Below are positions 40,820-52,574 of a DNA stretch of 64,000 nucleotides, one piece after another (positions within the stretch are counted from its first letter, which is position 1; each line of letters opens with the position of its first letter). The DNA is from an uncultured virus (IMG/VR IMGVR_UViG_3300034684_000231) (taxonomy: Duplodnaviria > Heunggongvirae > Uroviricota > Caudoviricetes), in IMG/VR virus record IMGVR_UViG_3300034684_000231. One strand, given 5' to 3'. A program made the translations under genes and the position numbers. The notes under the pieces were generated by a model that saw only the letters and a list, made by a program, of their open reading frames with translations, was not told the origin of the DNA and did no database searches.

Positions 40820-43800
40820 TCACCTACTCTAATAGATTTGTTCTCTTGCTTCTGCGTTTTGTCTTACGTAATACATCTATGAATCATAGTAGTTGTACTA
40901 CATTCTTGAATTAACTTGAAGCATAGATTGGAGCTATCGGGCCATCTGATTCTCGTAAATATTCATTATTGAAAGGTTTGATAAGTTGTTCATCTATAGC
41001 AGTGTTCTGTACTATTCGGGATCTATAAGATCGTATGTGCTCATTACATCCTATGGAATTCTTGATATTGCATCGTTGTACACATTTTGTTGATAGAACT
41101 GGATTGCATCTTCTTCTATTTCTGTTTCTGGATATCCTTCTTGTTCCATCTACATTTTAGCTTCATAGATTTCTTGCAACATTGGTTTCATGTAGTCTGG
41201 AGCAATAGTAAGTATTTTATCCCAATCTTTTGCAGGCTAGTTCTACAAGTGTTCAAGCTACCATTTGTCTCTAAGAGGTAAAAGCTTTTGCATTTGTCTC
41301 ATTGTAGGTAAGTTTTTGTAATCTGCAAATGTGCGTTTGCCTTGTAAGTGTTCAAGTGTAATAGTATCTTCTTCTATTTCACGTGCCTATTGTGTATCTG
41401 GATGTATTAGCGTGTCAGGAACGAATATAGAACCTATAAAGCTGAGTGTTGCACCCATACCTCCAAAAGCTGTCCTTGCAATAAAGTTAGCTCCCATGAG
41501 ATTACCAACAATTGCACCGTGTACAAGTGCTTCCACAGGATTAAGATGCACAGTATTTAAAACTGCCGGGAGCACAATGTCTGAAATTGGCTTTTGCCAC
41601 AATGCCCTGTATTGCCCGTAAGTGTAATACCTTGCATATTCTTCTTCCTACGATCTTACAGGAATAAACTTTTCATGGAAGAAACCAAATTGATGCTAGA
41701 AATGTTCCCACATTCTATTCCAAATTGTAGAGCGATGGTTCTATCGTATATCAACTGCAGTTTCTTCTTTCTACTATGCGGATGAATACTTTAGCCCAGG
41801 CATTATTGCCTGTGTTCTTATATCATCTTTACCGTAATATCTGTATCTTAATCCTTTATCCTTTGGAACTAAAACAGTAATTTCTTGTCCTTCTAAAGAC
41901 TGGAAGTATTCAGTTAAATTCTGTGCTTCTAATTGCGCTTGTCTATATGCCTCTTCAATCGAGACATTTTTTCTTTCAAAGATGCGTTTGGCAATATAAT
42001 CAACATCTGTTGAAAGCCCACGAATTTCTACTATTTCACCCTGTGCTGTTTCAAATTGTGTGCCGCCAAGATATTTTGTTACTTTGTAAGTTCTCTCTTC
42101 AAGTTTCATGTTAAACGGGCGCTCGTTGGGTCTAAATCCTTCTTGTATACGTTCTCTTTCTTCTTTCTACTGTTGAATAATGTATCTAATCCTCGGATCT
42201 GTTGTTTCATCTTTTTGAATCTTTTCTGCTATTTGCTGCTATACATCTGTTACTTTTGAGTAAGGCTATACATTTGCTAAAATTCTGAATATATCAATAG
42301 GTCCGTATTGATCTATTGAACCTCTGATGTATTCATATCCAGGTCCAGGAAGCCTTACTTCACCAAAGTTGACTTTCTAATACTAATCTCCTTGTAAGAA
42401 CCTATCAGGTAACCACGGGAAATTGAGTATCATATATGGATTTGGCAATGGATTAATCTGATACTCCATTCTTCTTTGTGACTGGTTCATACGTCTGTAG
42501 AATTCTGTTAAACCAAAAACGTTACCTAATTGTTGTTGATAATATAAACGCTCTGAGGTTCTATAATAATCCGAAGTCTAAATTTTAATCTCTCTCATAC
42601 CAGAAGTTTGGCCGAATGGGTTAAGCATATTCTATGCAAAACCGATAAAACCAAGATAGTCGGCAAACCAGTCTGCTAAATCCTGTATTCTATATACAGA
42701 ATACTCTATATTTTTAAAGTAATCGGCACTTAATTGTTCCGCTTTCTAACGAAGCATTAGCTGTCTAGACTATGTGTGTTCAGAATTAAATCCAACTGCG
42801 TTTCTAACCTATAGCTATCTTTCATTCAAATATTGCTATACAACATATGATTGAACCTACTCAACAGTTGGTTCTTGGTTATAAATCGTTAAATTCCTAC
42901 GTCTTAATTCTTCTGTAAACTCATCCAATAAACTTTCTCTTGGCATTAAAGCTCTAACAGCAAAGTTTGCTAATGCCCAGGCTGGATTATCTGTAAGCCC
43001 TGGCACAGCTAAGTTCATAAACGTATATGTGCCTGGTGGATTACCTGTCTATGGATATGGTCTGTACATTAATAGCTTTTTGTCATAATGATGTGAGAAT
43101 AAAGGTATAAGCCCAAACAAGTTTAAAGGAGTTGGATACGGCTGTCCAAAAACTTGATATTCGAGCTTTGAGCCGTACATAAGTGGTGTATACTGCCATT
43201 CTTTCTTTTGTAGGTACCACAAGGATGGACGATATTCTTTCACGCGTCCTCCCCAATAAGGTTCACGCCCAAATTCCCAGCCTTGTGCTTGATATACAGG
43301 TACATTCATTACACCTTCTGATTGTAAGACAAATTCGCGAGTGTAGGGTATGTGTTCCTATAATGCACCAAGACTCTAGAGGAAGAACATTCCTCTTATT
43401 CCACCCTACTACATACCATACAATGCGCCAATTGAAGAAATAAAGCCCGGCATTGTTTGATGTAAGTGTCTCTATGCAGGGCCTAGTCCAATCCAGTTTG
43501 CTACCTAAACAGCTCCTGTCTATACATTGTTCTATGCGCTAACTAGTGCTTGATGTGGATTAATTAATCCACCAGTTGCTGATGTAATAATCTAATCAGC
43601 TACACCTAATGTCTAAACAGCTGCGCCGATCCAAGAAAGTTTTTGAATAACTCCTTTGAATTCTTGCCACTAGTTGCGAGCTTGTAAAATGTTAATATTA
43701 CCTAAGCCCAATTCTTCTAATAACTTAGAAGTTCTACCAAATGCCCAATGTAAGAAAAGCGAAGGCATATTTTGCTTACCTATATCTGATTTTCGCTATA

Positions 43801-46800
43801 CCATGTCCGGGAACAATTGTCGCCAAATGTCTTTGATAGTTCCTTTAAGAGTAAATTCGCCCAATTGCAAGTATCTGTTCCCTTGAACTAAGATTTCATA
43901 ATTTTGAGTTAATGGAACTTCACTCGTTCTGAAATAATCACCGCTCATTAAAAGATTCATGAGTTCTGGATCAGATTCTCTAAATCTGTTGAGTTTGGGA
44001 ATACCGTATTTTAAAGATCTGTAAATATGTTCCATATATGATTTGCCAAATACAGATTCAAGCAAGTCTCTGTATTGCATGGATGTGATACTTGATAAGT
44101 ACTAATTAGCTTGCTTGTAGATCGGTTCAAGAGAATATGGCTCAAATATCTTGCTTATCTATTTCCCAAGTTCAGGATATACAACGTTAAACTCTCTTCT
44201 GCTTAACGTTGATACAAGAGTTTGTACCTAAGCAGTTTTTTCATTTAGCTATAGCCCAACAATAGTCTTACCAACTGTTTTGGCAAAATCTTCGTCTATT
44301 TTAAGTTCGCCGTATTTGTCAATTAATGTTTCAAAAAAACGAGTTAATCCATTGTCTGAACTGATTATCATATATGGAGATAATTGTCCGACAAGCTGTT
44401 TGGAGACAAAGTTTTCTATTTCATTTATGGCCTGCTATGTAGTAGCTCCACGGAAGAACTGTTGTGTAAGATCTTGTAAGTTTTTAACAATTACATCTTG
44501 TTCTTCTTTCACTACCTTACCAATTTGGTATAGATACTAACCGAAGTTTAGAAGTACTTGCTTGCGTGTAAGCCCATGGCTTGTTAATGGTTCTTCAAGC
44601 CAATCTTTTGAAATCGTTAACATTCCTTTTTGTATTCTTTGTACTAGTTCGCTGTATACTTTCTGTTCTGCCGGAGATAGTTCAAGTAAATTTGCAAGTT
44701 GTATAAAGACTCGCCTTTGTTCATCAGTTTTTGCAATAGAAGACATGTATTTGGCAAAGCCTTGTAATTTACCATAGTGATATAACTATACGCTTAAAGC
44801 CTGATATCCACTTTCAGGAAGGAGTTGATCTGTTGCAAATACAATATCAACGTCGGATAATGCTCTGCTGTATGTTCTTTTAAGCCCAACCGTATAACCA
44901 AGCCTTCCTTGCATATGAAGAGTAAACTACATATTTCCAAGTTGTTCTTCGTATTTGAATGGAGAGGATATTATATCCTAAATTTCGCCATAGAATGTTT
45001 TACCAATATTGAAGTCTTGATATCCCGGTACATTCCACAGCGCATTTTGTTTTGGTGCCTTTGTCATTCTTATTGCACCGGTTTGTTTTGCATATGTAAA
45101 TAGCATATCTCCACTTAGCTATGCTTTGCGTATATTAATTGCATAAGGTATCATGTTTGAGACGTCGTATGTTCTATTTCCAATGAGCAGCAAAGGCTGT
45201 TTTCCAATGTATATAAGCCTACTTTTAACTATTTCCTCGTTGACCGTGTTTATAAATTCCTGCTAATTTTTAGCAAGTCTTGTATATTTGTCTCCAAATG
45301 TACGCCTGAGTATAGAAGGCGGTTTTGCAACTGCATATACTAAGCCCTTTAACGTAAATGGATCCGGGCTTTCTGTGATTCTTATTCTATGAGCCAAACG
45401 GAATGTATTAAATAATTTCTTGGCATCGTAAGCACTTATTTCTCCAAACTGCTGTTTAACAGCATCGTTCTTTGTCTATATTTCAATAAATCGATTCATT
45501 GTTTGTTTAAATGTATCATCGTACTAGCCACGGCTCTAAATAGATATAAACGACTCGATTGCTTGTTCTTTCATGCCGGCGGCTTTTAGTATCTGTCTTA
45601 TTTGTGAGCCTGAAAGCATTGTATATTGTGATGCAATTGATTTTGCCCTCGAAGCCCTTGTTTTGTATAATATTCTCTCGGAAATCCAGCTAACAGGATG
45701 CCAGCCTTTAAATGTTTGAACAACTTTATCTGGTTCGTAATCAACTACAGCTTGTCTGTAAAATTGCTTTTCAAGCAGCTACGGCGCTTGAACTATTGAT
45801 AACGGGTTAAAACCAAGGTATGGAACAACAATGTTTTTAGACAAGTAATCTATAGATTTTAAAATTTGTAGTTTGTGTGGTGGGAGAGATACAAGTTTGC
45901 CCTAGCTGTTTTTAAATATACCAAATCCTATTGCGGCATCAGGAGATAAACCTTTTTCAATAAGCAAATGTGTAATATGCTGGATTCTTTTGTTTAATAC
46001 ATCTTTTGGTTCAATCCATGGAATTTCTACATAACCCATTATGTCTGTAAATTTAATGCTTCCGGCGGCAATATCTCTAAATGTAACAAATTCAAGTCCA
46101 GCTCTTTTGTAAGCTGCTGAAGTTTTATATTTTCCAAGTCTAGTATTGAGATCTTCTATAAAACCTTTTAATCGTTTGTCGTTTGGATCAGCTCGTTCAA
46201 GCCAGTGTAAGAACTACTAGAAGCCTTCTTCGCTTGCACGGCTTCTAACAGTTTCATCCATTATTCTGTTTTTTAATTTAAAGAACGACATATCTTGTGT
46301 AGAGTAAATCTTTGCAAGTTCAGTTCTTGATAAATACTGTTCCCATATATGTTTAAAACTCATTATTGCTTGTAATCCTACTGCGTTTTGCTATATCTCA
46401 CCGGCTGTAATAGCTTTTGCCATTTCGTATGTTGTGCCAATTGCTTCTGATGGTAGTAAGCCCATAAAACCAGTCAAAATTCTACTGAGTCCAAGAAGTG
46501 CATTGTCTTTTTGCTTTTTAAACTAACTCTTTATTGCCGTCTATGTACCTGCTGCAATATTAGTAAACTGCACACCGTAATACATAGTAAACTATGGTAT
46601 GAAATTGTACATATTGTGAACGAACTTGGTAGTAGAAACAAACTATTCCGGGAAGTATTCTGCATACTTTTCTTTTGCATAGCTTCCACCAAGATGCTAT
46701 GCTGTACCCATACCCATAGCAAGGAAATAGTTGCTTAGACTGAGTTTTGCGTTGGGCTAAAACATTTTCGTCATAATCTAATATGTAGCAAATGACTATG

Positions 46801-47176
46801 GATTGACATTAAGAAGTTCTTTTGAAGCATTGAAGAATTTGGTAAACCTAACAACAGCATCAGAGCCTGTGTATCTGTACTACTATGCCGCAATAAGATT
46901 TGATAAACTCTATGCAGATGCATTGCCTGTTCTTTTTGCGAATTCTTCAAGAAATGGAGATGTTAACTTTCTTCCTGTTGTTTCCAATACAGTACGCCCT
47001 ATCGCTTCGGATAGGCCTTTTAATGCTGGTTGTAAATACTTAGAAAATTTTACCTAAGCGAGCCCTGCTATGAATGTGGCAGCAAGAGATGGTGTGGTAA
47101 TATCTTTTACCTGCTCTTTGTGGAATTTTTCTACCTTTTCAAGTCGCTTTCGTTCTTTTTCGTTAAGTTCATCCAT
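40820..47176 (-). CDS. Tape-measure-like protein, ~2118 aa
   Basis: SD GGGGG, ATG at 47176, following the tail chaperones. Fragments 44537-44746, 43796-44080, 43049-43309, 41774-42109 and 41387-41602 share one frame. Ala/Gly-rich hydrophobic stretches, TGA at 40820-40822. Confidence 0.65.
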
Positions 47177-47208
47177 CAGCTAACCCCCTTACAGGAAGGT
47201 GTCATTTA

Positions 47209-47219
47209 TGAATTAACAA
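47209..47219 (-). promoter_or_regulatory. Candidate late promoter motif TTGTTAATTCA
   Basis: Directly after a terminator U-tract and 33 nt upstream of ATG 47176. Confidence 0.5.
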
Positions 47220-47294
47220 AAACAAAACCCGCCGTTGTATTGGCGGGTTGTATTCAAAAAAGGCGTTATTGGCCCGGGGGTAAACCAATAACGC
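47218..47294 (-). terminator. Tandem (double) intrinsic terminators
   Basis: GCGTTATTGG-12nt-CCAATAACGC followed by CTTTTTT, then AACCCGCC-8nt-GGCGGGTT followed by TTGTTTTT. Confidence 0.8.
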
Positions 47295-47333
47295 TAAAGC
47301 GGGCAATTAGGGAGGCACTTAATCGAGTCAATA

Positions 47334-47588
47334 TTATTTGCTCTTCTTGCAATGCTTGTTGTAAAGCCTTTTTGCTTTTGCATAAATAGAACTATAGCCG
47401 TGTTGTGACTATCTTGTCATTGCCTATCTAAGCCCACGGCATGATATTTTCCATTTGCCATTCACTTTTTTCTTGAATGGAAACTTCCTTTTGGAAGGAA
47501 GTAAGAACTAGTGGGATGGCATTTTTTCTCTTTTCTTTTTGGTTTTAGGAGGATTCCATTTCTTTTCCTTTTTAACAACGTTTGCCAT
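47334..47588 (-). CDS. Small very basic protein, 84 aa
   Basis: SD GGAGG. Reads MANVVKRKRNGILLKPKRKEKKMPSH*FLLPSKRKFPFKKKVNGKWKISCRGLR*AMTR*SQHGYSSIYAKAKRLYNKHCKKSK, TAA at 47334-47336. Confidence 0.75.
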
Positions 47589-47589
47589 G

Positions 47590-48234
47590 TCATTTACCTC
47601 CTTTTTCTTTAGCCATCATTGATAAAACTTCATCAAGCGATTTGCCTAAGTATTTCTTTACTTCTTCTGGATTTGGTGCAGTTTGTTGCGGCGGAGCTGA
47701 TAAAGAACCTATATTATTAAACTCTATATTTGGAATATACGGCATTTGCTGTTCTTCTTGTTGTTGTGACACACCTTTTTGTGCTAATTCTTGCATAACC
47801 TTGATTGTGCTGTACATTTCTAATACTTCGCTAATAGGCCTGTTATAAAATTCGTGTATGGTTGTTCCAGCAACTTGCGACCACAATTCAACTGCTATGT
47901 CCATTAAAAAGGTTCTATCACTATCAAGCAAATCAAGTAATTTGTTTTCAAGTTCTGCGTTTGTAAGCGGTATATCATCCAGCATCTATTCAGCAAGCAT
48001 TCTAATCTATTGTTCCGGAACTTCGTCTGGATCTTCTGGATATACAAGCGTTGCTCTTACAAGTTCATAGAACATTTCTTCTGTTGATAGATTAAACACT
48101 TTTTTGGCATCATACTAAGCCATAATTTCCAACAGTGTAGGTTGTCGTGATACATATAGCTTCTTATTAAATGTAATTACATACACGCCTCCATACTGCT
48201 ACTTTAGTTTAATTAATTGCCACGGCTTGAGCAT
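47590..48234 (-). CDS. Tail assembly chaperone-like protein 2, 214 aa
   Basis: ATG at 48234. LK*QYGGVYVITF...YVSRQPTLLE...RATLVYPE is paralogous to the upstream gene. Fragment 47590-47985 in frame. Confidence 0.6.
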
Positions 48235-48245
48235 GTTAGTCCCCC

Positions 48246-48710
48246 TTATAACTTAATAACAGGATTCTGAATACCAAAATTAGATACGTTAAGTATCAAT
48301 TCAAGCAATGTTGGGACAATGCCTGCTTTTAATGTATCTAATCTTTCTTTTGTAAGCTGTGGATATAATGTCGCTTTCAAGACTATTTGCTCACCGGCTT
48401 CTTCGCTATCCTGAGTCGAACTTACAACTTCTTTGTATTCAAATCTTGTAAGTGGCCTGTAAATATAGAATTCGTTTTCGTCAAAGAAATATACATATAT
48501 TTCTTCGTATTCTTCTTTTAACTTTTGAATCAATTCTTTAAGAGATGGGTCTTTTTCAAATAAAATCTCCTCTGCTGTTTTTCTTAGATTCTCCATTAAT
48601 TCTTCTGTATCAATCCATCCCCCGCTTGCGGAATCTTCTTGCTGAGTTTCTGTCTCCTATGCCTTTTCCTTTAATTCCTCTTCAGCTTTCTTTAAGAAAT
48701 CCATACTCAT
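48246..48710 (-). CDS. Tail assembly chaperone-like protein 1, 154 aa
   Basis: SD GGAGG, ATG at 48710, one TAG at codon 18. Contains YIYRPLTRFEYK...KATLYP...KAGIVPTL. Lies between the tubes and the tape measure. Confidence 0.65.
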
Positions 48711-49336
48711 GTTTTTGCGCCTCCTTTAGATAGATATTTCAAAATAGTATGGTGTTTTTTCATCTCTATATATGAATAATCAGCAAAGATAATGTCTTTT
48801 GCAACAAATGAATGAATGTATTGCGAAGGCAGTGATTCCTACTGCCAATTAGTTTCAAAACCGTATACAGTCACATCAGACAATATAATTGCAGACATAT
48901 GCTAAAACGTTTTCTCATTCATTAAAATAACAATCAAACTGTTGATAACTACGCCGGTTTTATTCGGTTTAGCTATATATATCATTGGATCAGACAATAC
49001 ATCAATTAATGTCTTTGCCGTCTAGTTTAAACCTATTTTCCCCTCAATCGCTTTTGTAGAAACTATATAAGAAGATTGCTCAGTTTTAAACACATCATGT
49101 ACAGGTATTAACTGCTGCGAAGGAGTAACGTTTAAGTATGTAGCGTTATCAAGATATACACTTGAATTAAGCACTTTTATCAAATCATCAATGGATGGTC
49201 TTGATTTAAATAGATGCTAAGAAGCATAAATAGACTAATCAAAGCCGTTGTAGAATGACTTTGACTATTGCTGACGGTATAAACTTAGTATGTACTCGTT
49301 AATAGTTAACGTTATTTCCCCGGGATCATATGCCAT
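48707..49336 (-). CDS. Tail-tube-like paralogue 6, 209 aa
   Basis: SD GGAGG, MAYDPGEI...FYNGFD*SIY...HSFVAKDI, TGA overlapping the next ATG. Confidence 0.55.
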
Positions 49337-49889
49337 TAGACATCGCCTCCGGATTTTTAATGGACACTTGTTCTGCAAAGAAACGTGATACAAAAACAAG
49401 CGGTTGCTAGTCAGCTATTATCGTAAACTATGGCATTGTCAAAAACAAATTACGAAGTTCTAAAAATGCTTTTAGTTGTGGCTTATTATATAATTTCTGA
49501 AGCAATTGTTCTTCTCTACTTGGACTAAATAGTTCAATTACACACCTTGGTAAGTAATAAATATGTTGATCGTCAACACGTTCCAACCCCAACGTGCCAA
49601 ATATATCAACTGCATTTGTAATGAACTATATTATGCCAGCATTTAGATTCTTTGTAGAACTGAAAAACACAGGTGATGTGTCCTAAATGTTAAACACGGG
49701 ATATTCAATTGATGTAGTTGCAAATTGTATTGCAAATATATTGTCCATGAAGATCAAATCTTCTGAAGGTGGGAAATGGTCCGTTCCTACAATATCAAAA
49801 TATACTTTTGAATTTATCCCATTTATAACTTGAAGCTGATTTGATTTTTGCTCTCCGTTAGTTGAAATGATTGGTTTCACTGATATCAA
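49326..49889 (-). CDS. Tail-tube-like paralogue 5, ~187 aa
   Basis: YPVFNI*DTSP...NAGII*F...SRFFAEQV, TGA at 49326-49328. Confidence 0.55.
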
Positions 49890-50569
49890 CCACCTTCATA
49901 GAGCTTTCTGATTACAAGATCTGTGAACTTTGTTCCGTATTTTGGATCTTCTATTTTTGTGATATCCAACAATAAAGACAAGTCTATGTTTAGCTTGCCA
50001 TTTTCCTGTGGAACTACAAGCAACTTTTGCCCTATGTAATTCTATACGAATCTATACAACATTAATTGTCCTTGCGGCGAAACAGCATTTAGATCTGCGG
50101 AAGTTTCTATAATCTTTACATCTTTAATCACATAGACAAACGTATTAACAACAGGATCATCTTTACTTAAATTTTCTGGAAGGCTTATTATAACAATATC
50201 AAAGAACGGTAAATCTTCTGCATTTGCAGTGATATATGGCAATGTGCTTTGTTTGTCGTCTGTTTCGCCTTTGTACTATTCTCTAATAACGTCAAACCAT
50301 GTTGTAAAAAGGTTAAATATAGAAGGAAAAGCGTTGGCTGGCACCTACATAGTGCCAGCGTATAATCTCTATCCGTATGTATATCCAAGCTATTCTTTTT
50401 GGCCGAGCTAAAGCACAGGCTTTGCATCAGCCGGTGTGGAGAAAGTAATCTGTGCTATATCATCAAGCAATTTGTATTCGATTAAAGTGGCACTCGTACC
50501 AATAGCCGGTACTTGTGCCACGCCGTAAATCCTAGCATTAGAAGGAGTGAAAAATCTATTTTGTGCCAT
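49886..50569 (-). CDS. Tail-tube-like paralogue 4, 227 aa
   Basis: MAQNRFFTPSNARI...KPVL*LGQKK*LGYTYG*RLYAGTM...DLPFFDIVI...YRFV*NYI. Confidence 0.7.
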
Positions 50570-50592
50570 TTATATCACCCGATTAGTATAAA

Positions 50593-51300
50593 TTATTCTT
50601 CTTTTTTCACCTTAATTACTTTGGTAACGCTTCTCTATAAGAAGTTAACTGCTTCAAATATTGCTTCGTTTCCGGCTTGAATTGCAAGATCGTTGTTCAA
50701 GAACTCGACACCATAAAGCGTAACTTCTTCGTATTTGATTTCTCCATTGTTAAATTCTAGTGGTGTAATTAGTTTTATGTCCGTTGGTGGAATTTCGTCT
50801 AAATACAATGGAGGTATTTTTAATGTTTCTGATAATGGCACGTTATTTCCATAGAATATTAAATCTTTTGCGATTTCAAAGTCTTCTTCTGATACTGTTT
50901 GTTCTTTACCAGTGATAGCTTGAACGTATGGTTTGACAAATTTTTCAATAAAGTTTGAAATATCGTATTCGTTTTTGCCTTGGAGTCTATATATTCCGTT
51001 TGCTGATTTTAAGTATTCTTCGCCCTATGCCCAGAAGTATGCCATCAATTTGTGGAAGAATGAATCTGCAAGAACTACGCCTTGCATTGATCCTGCTACA
51101 CTTCTTGCGCCTTTACCAATAGTAATTGGTTCTGCGCTTCCTATAACATAAATAGGTGCTTTTGCACGTCTTACTTGGTATGCAAAACTTTGAACATTAC
51201 CAAGTGTAACGTCTACTACTTCTGTTTTGTTATTAGCGTCATTTCTTTTAATCGATACTGTAATCAGCGTGTTCTATGGAGTACCTAAGAATTCGGCCAT
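50593..51300 (-). CDS. Tail-tube-like paralogue 3, 235 aa
   Basis: LGNVQSFAYQVRRAKAPIYVIGSAEPITIGKGARSVAGSM...YLDEIPPTDI...LYGVEF...NFL*RSV. Confidence 0.75.
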
Positions 51301-51323
51301 TATTTATCACTCCTTTATGAAAG

Positions 51324-51908
51324 TCATTCATTGGTTTCTATGTTCTTAACTTTTGTCCAAGGTGTGATTCTTTGTGCTACCCATTCTGCTCTTTGTGCAA
51401 GCGCAACGTCGTTTATTGTTGCAACTAACGAAGAGCTTGTAAATTCTAGTCCGTAAATTGCCATACCGCTGAATTGTCCATCTTCATCAACACCAAATAC
51501 TAGTATATCCAATGGTGGAAGCATATCAAGAGTGGTTGGCTTCATTTTTCTAAATTTAGCACCTTCTACATCATATTCTTTGTTTGCAGAATCGTTTGTA
51601 TCGTTATAAAGTGCATTTTCAATAGGATTCCATTTTTCAAATTCTTCGTCTGCAAGAATAATTTCTCCAACGTTTTCTAAACCTTCATTGATTTCAAGCA
51701 ATAGATCTTGATTTAAAATGACGTAGTCGATTATACCGGATATAATCCTAAAGCCTCTTCCATAGCCAAGAGGTTCTGTTCTACCCAATGCAAGGACAGG
51801 AAGTTTTCTTCTGTCAACGTTTACCATGAAGTTTGTCTAACTACCTATTACTTTTCCTGTATCTAACAAAGCTATTGCTACACTATTAGGAGAAAGTGGT
51901 GTTGCCAT
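51324..51908 (-). CDS. Tail-tube-like paralogue 2, 194 aa
   Basis: SD GGAGTG, ATG at 51908, single TAG at codon 24. Contains PVLALGRTEPLGYGRGFRIISG...LDMLPPLDI...IYGLEF...WVAQRI. Confidence 0.75.
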
Positions 51909-51935
51909 TATATGTCACTCCTTTCAAATCTTTTA

Positions 51936-52514
51936 TTATTCGTTAACGTCTTTGTATTTAGTTGTTGTTGGTGCAATTGAACGCGCCATGAAACTGACTC
52001 TTTCTAGCTATGCTACGTCATTAATTTGTTTTGCGTAACTGTAATCATAGAACTGAACATCATACAAGACTATTTCAAGGTATTCTAACTTTGCTTTACC
52101 GTCAATTTCTTTTGGTTGAGGATTCTATGAAATCAATATCAATTTGGAAAATTCTATATCATCGATATTGGAATCTATTGTGTAATATGCATTTACTGGC
52201 GTTCCATATATTTTTTGTTCTGACAATACCTCGCTTTCAACAAGATTTGATTCTACTTCTGTAATGTATCTTTTGTTTTGCATACTAAATTGATTTAAAA
52301 AGGTTTCGTTAAATATAACCATATCAATGGATCCGCTTATAAATCTCTAGCCACGTGCGTTTGCTCTTGGTAACGCACTTCCGAATGTAAATATTGGTAT
52401 TTTTCCTCTAGTGGTTTCAATAATGATATTAACCGCGTTCCCTATTACTTCATGAGTTCCATCTGGCAATTCCTATATCAGCAACTAGTTAGAAGGAGAA
52501 TATGTCAACGACAT
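51936..52514 (-). CDS. Tail-tube-like paralogue 1, 192 aa
   Basis: SD GGAGGTG. Reads MSLTYSPSN*LLI...IGNAVNI...PIFTFGSALPRANARG*RFISGSID...FMARSI. Confidence 0.75.
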
Positions 52515-52538
52515 CGATTAGTCACCTCCGAGAGAAAT

Positions 52539-52565
52539 GGGACGGGGGGTCTGCCCCCCGTATCC
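52539..52565 (-). terminator. Strong GC hairpin between the sheath and first tube gene (terminator/mRNA-stabilising)
   Basis: CGGGGGG-4nt-CCCCCCG stem with only a weak pyrimidine tail (CATTTCTCT). Confidence 0.55.
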
Positions 52566-52574
52566 TGCAATTAA

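Noticed and set aside
47180..47330. tRNA (amber suppressor) or riboswitch in the GC-rich intergenic stretch
   Set aside because: It resolves into two hairpin-plus-U-tract terminators, with no cloverleaf, T-loop or CUA anticodon arm. Any suppressor tRNA must lie outside this window.
48230..48260. Programmed frameshift between the tail chaperones (lambda G/GT type)
   Set aside because: No obvious slippery heptamer, and the second gene has its own SD (GGGGG) and ATG.
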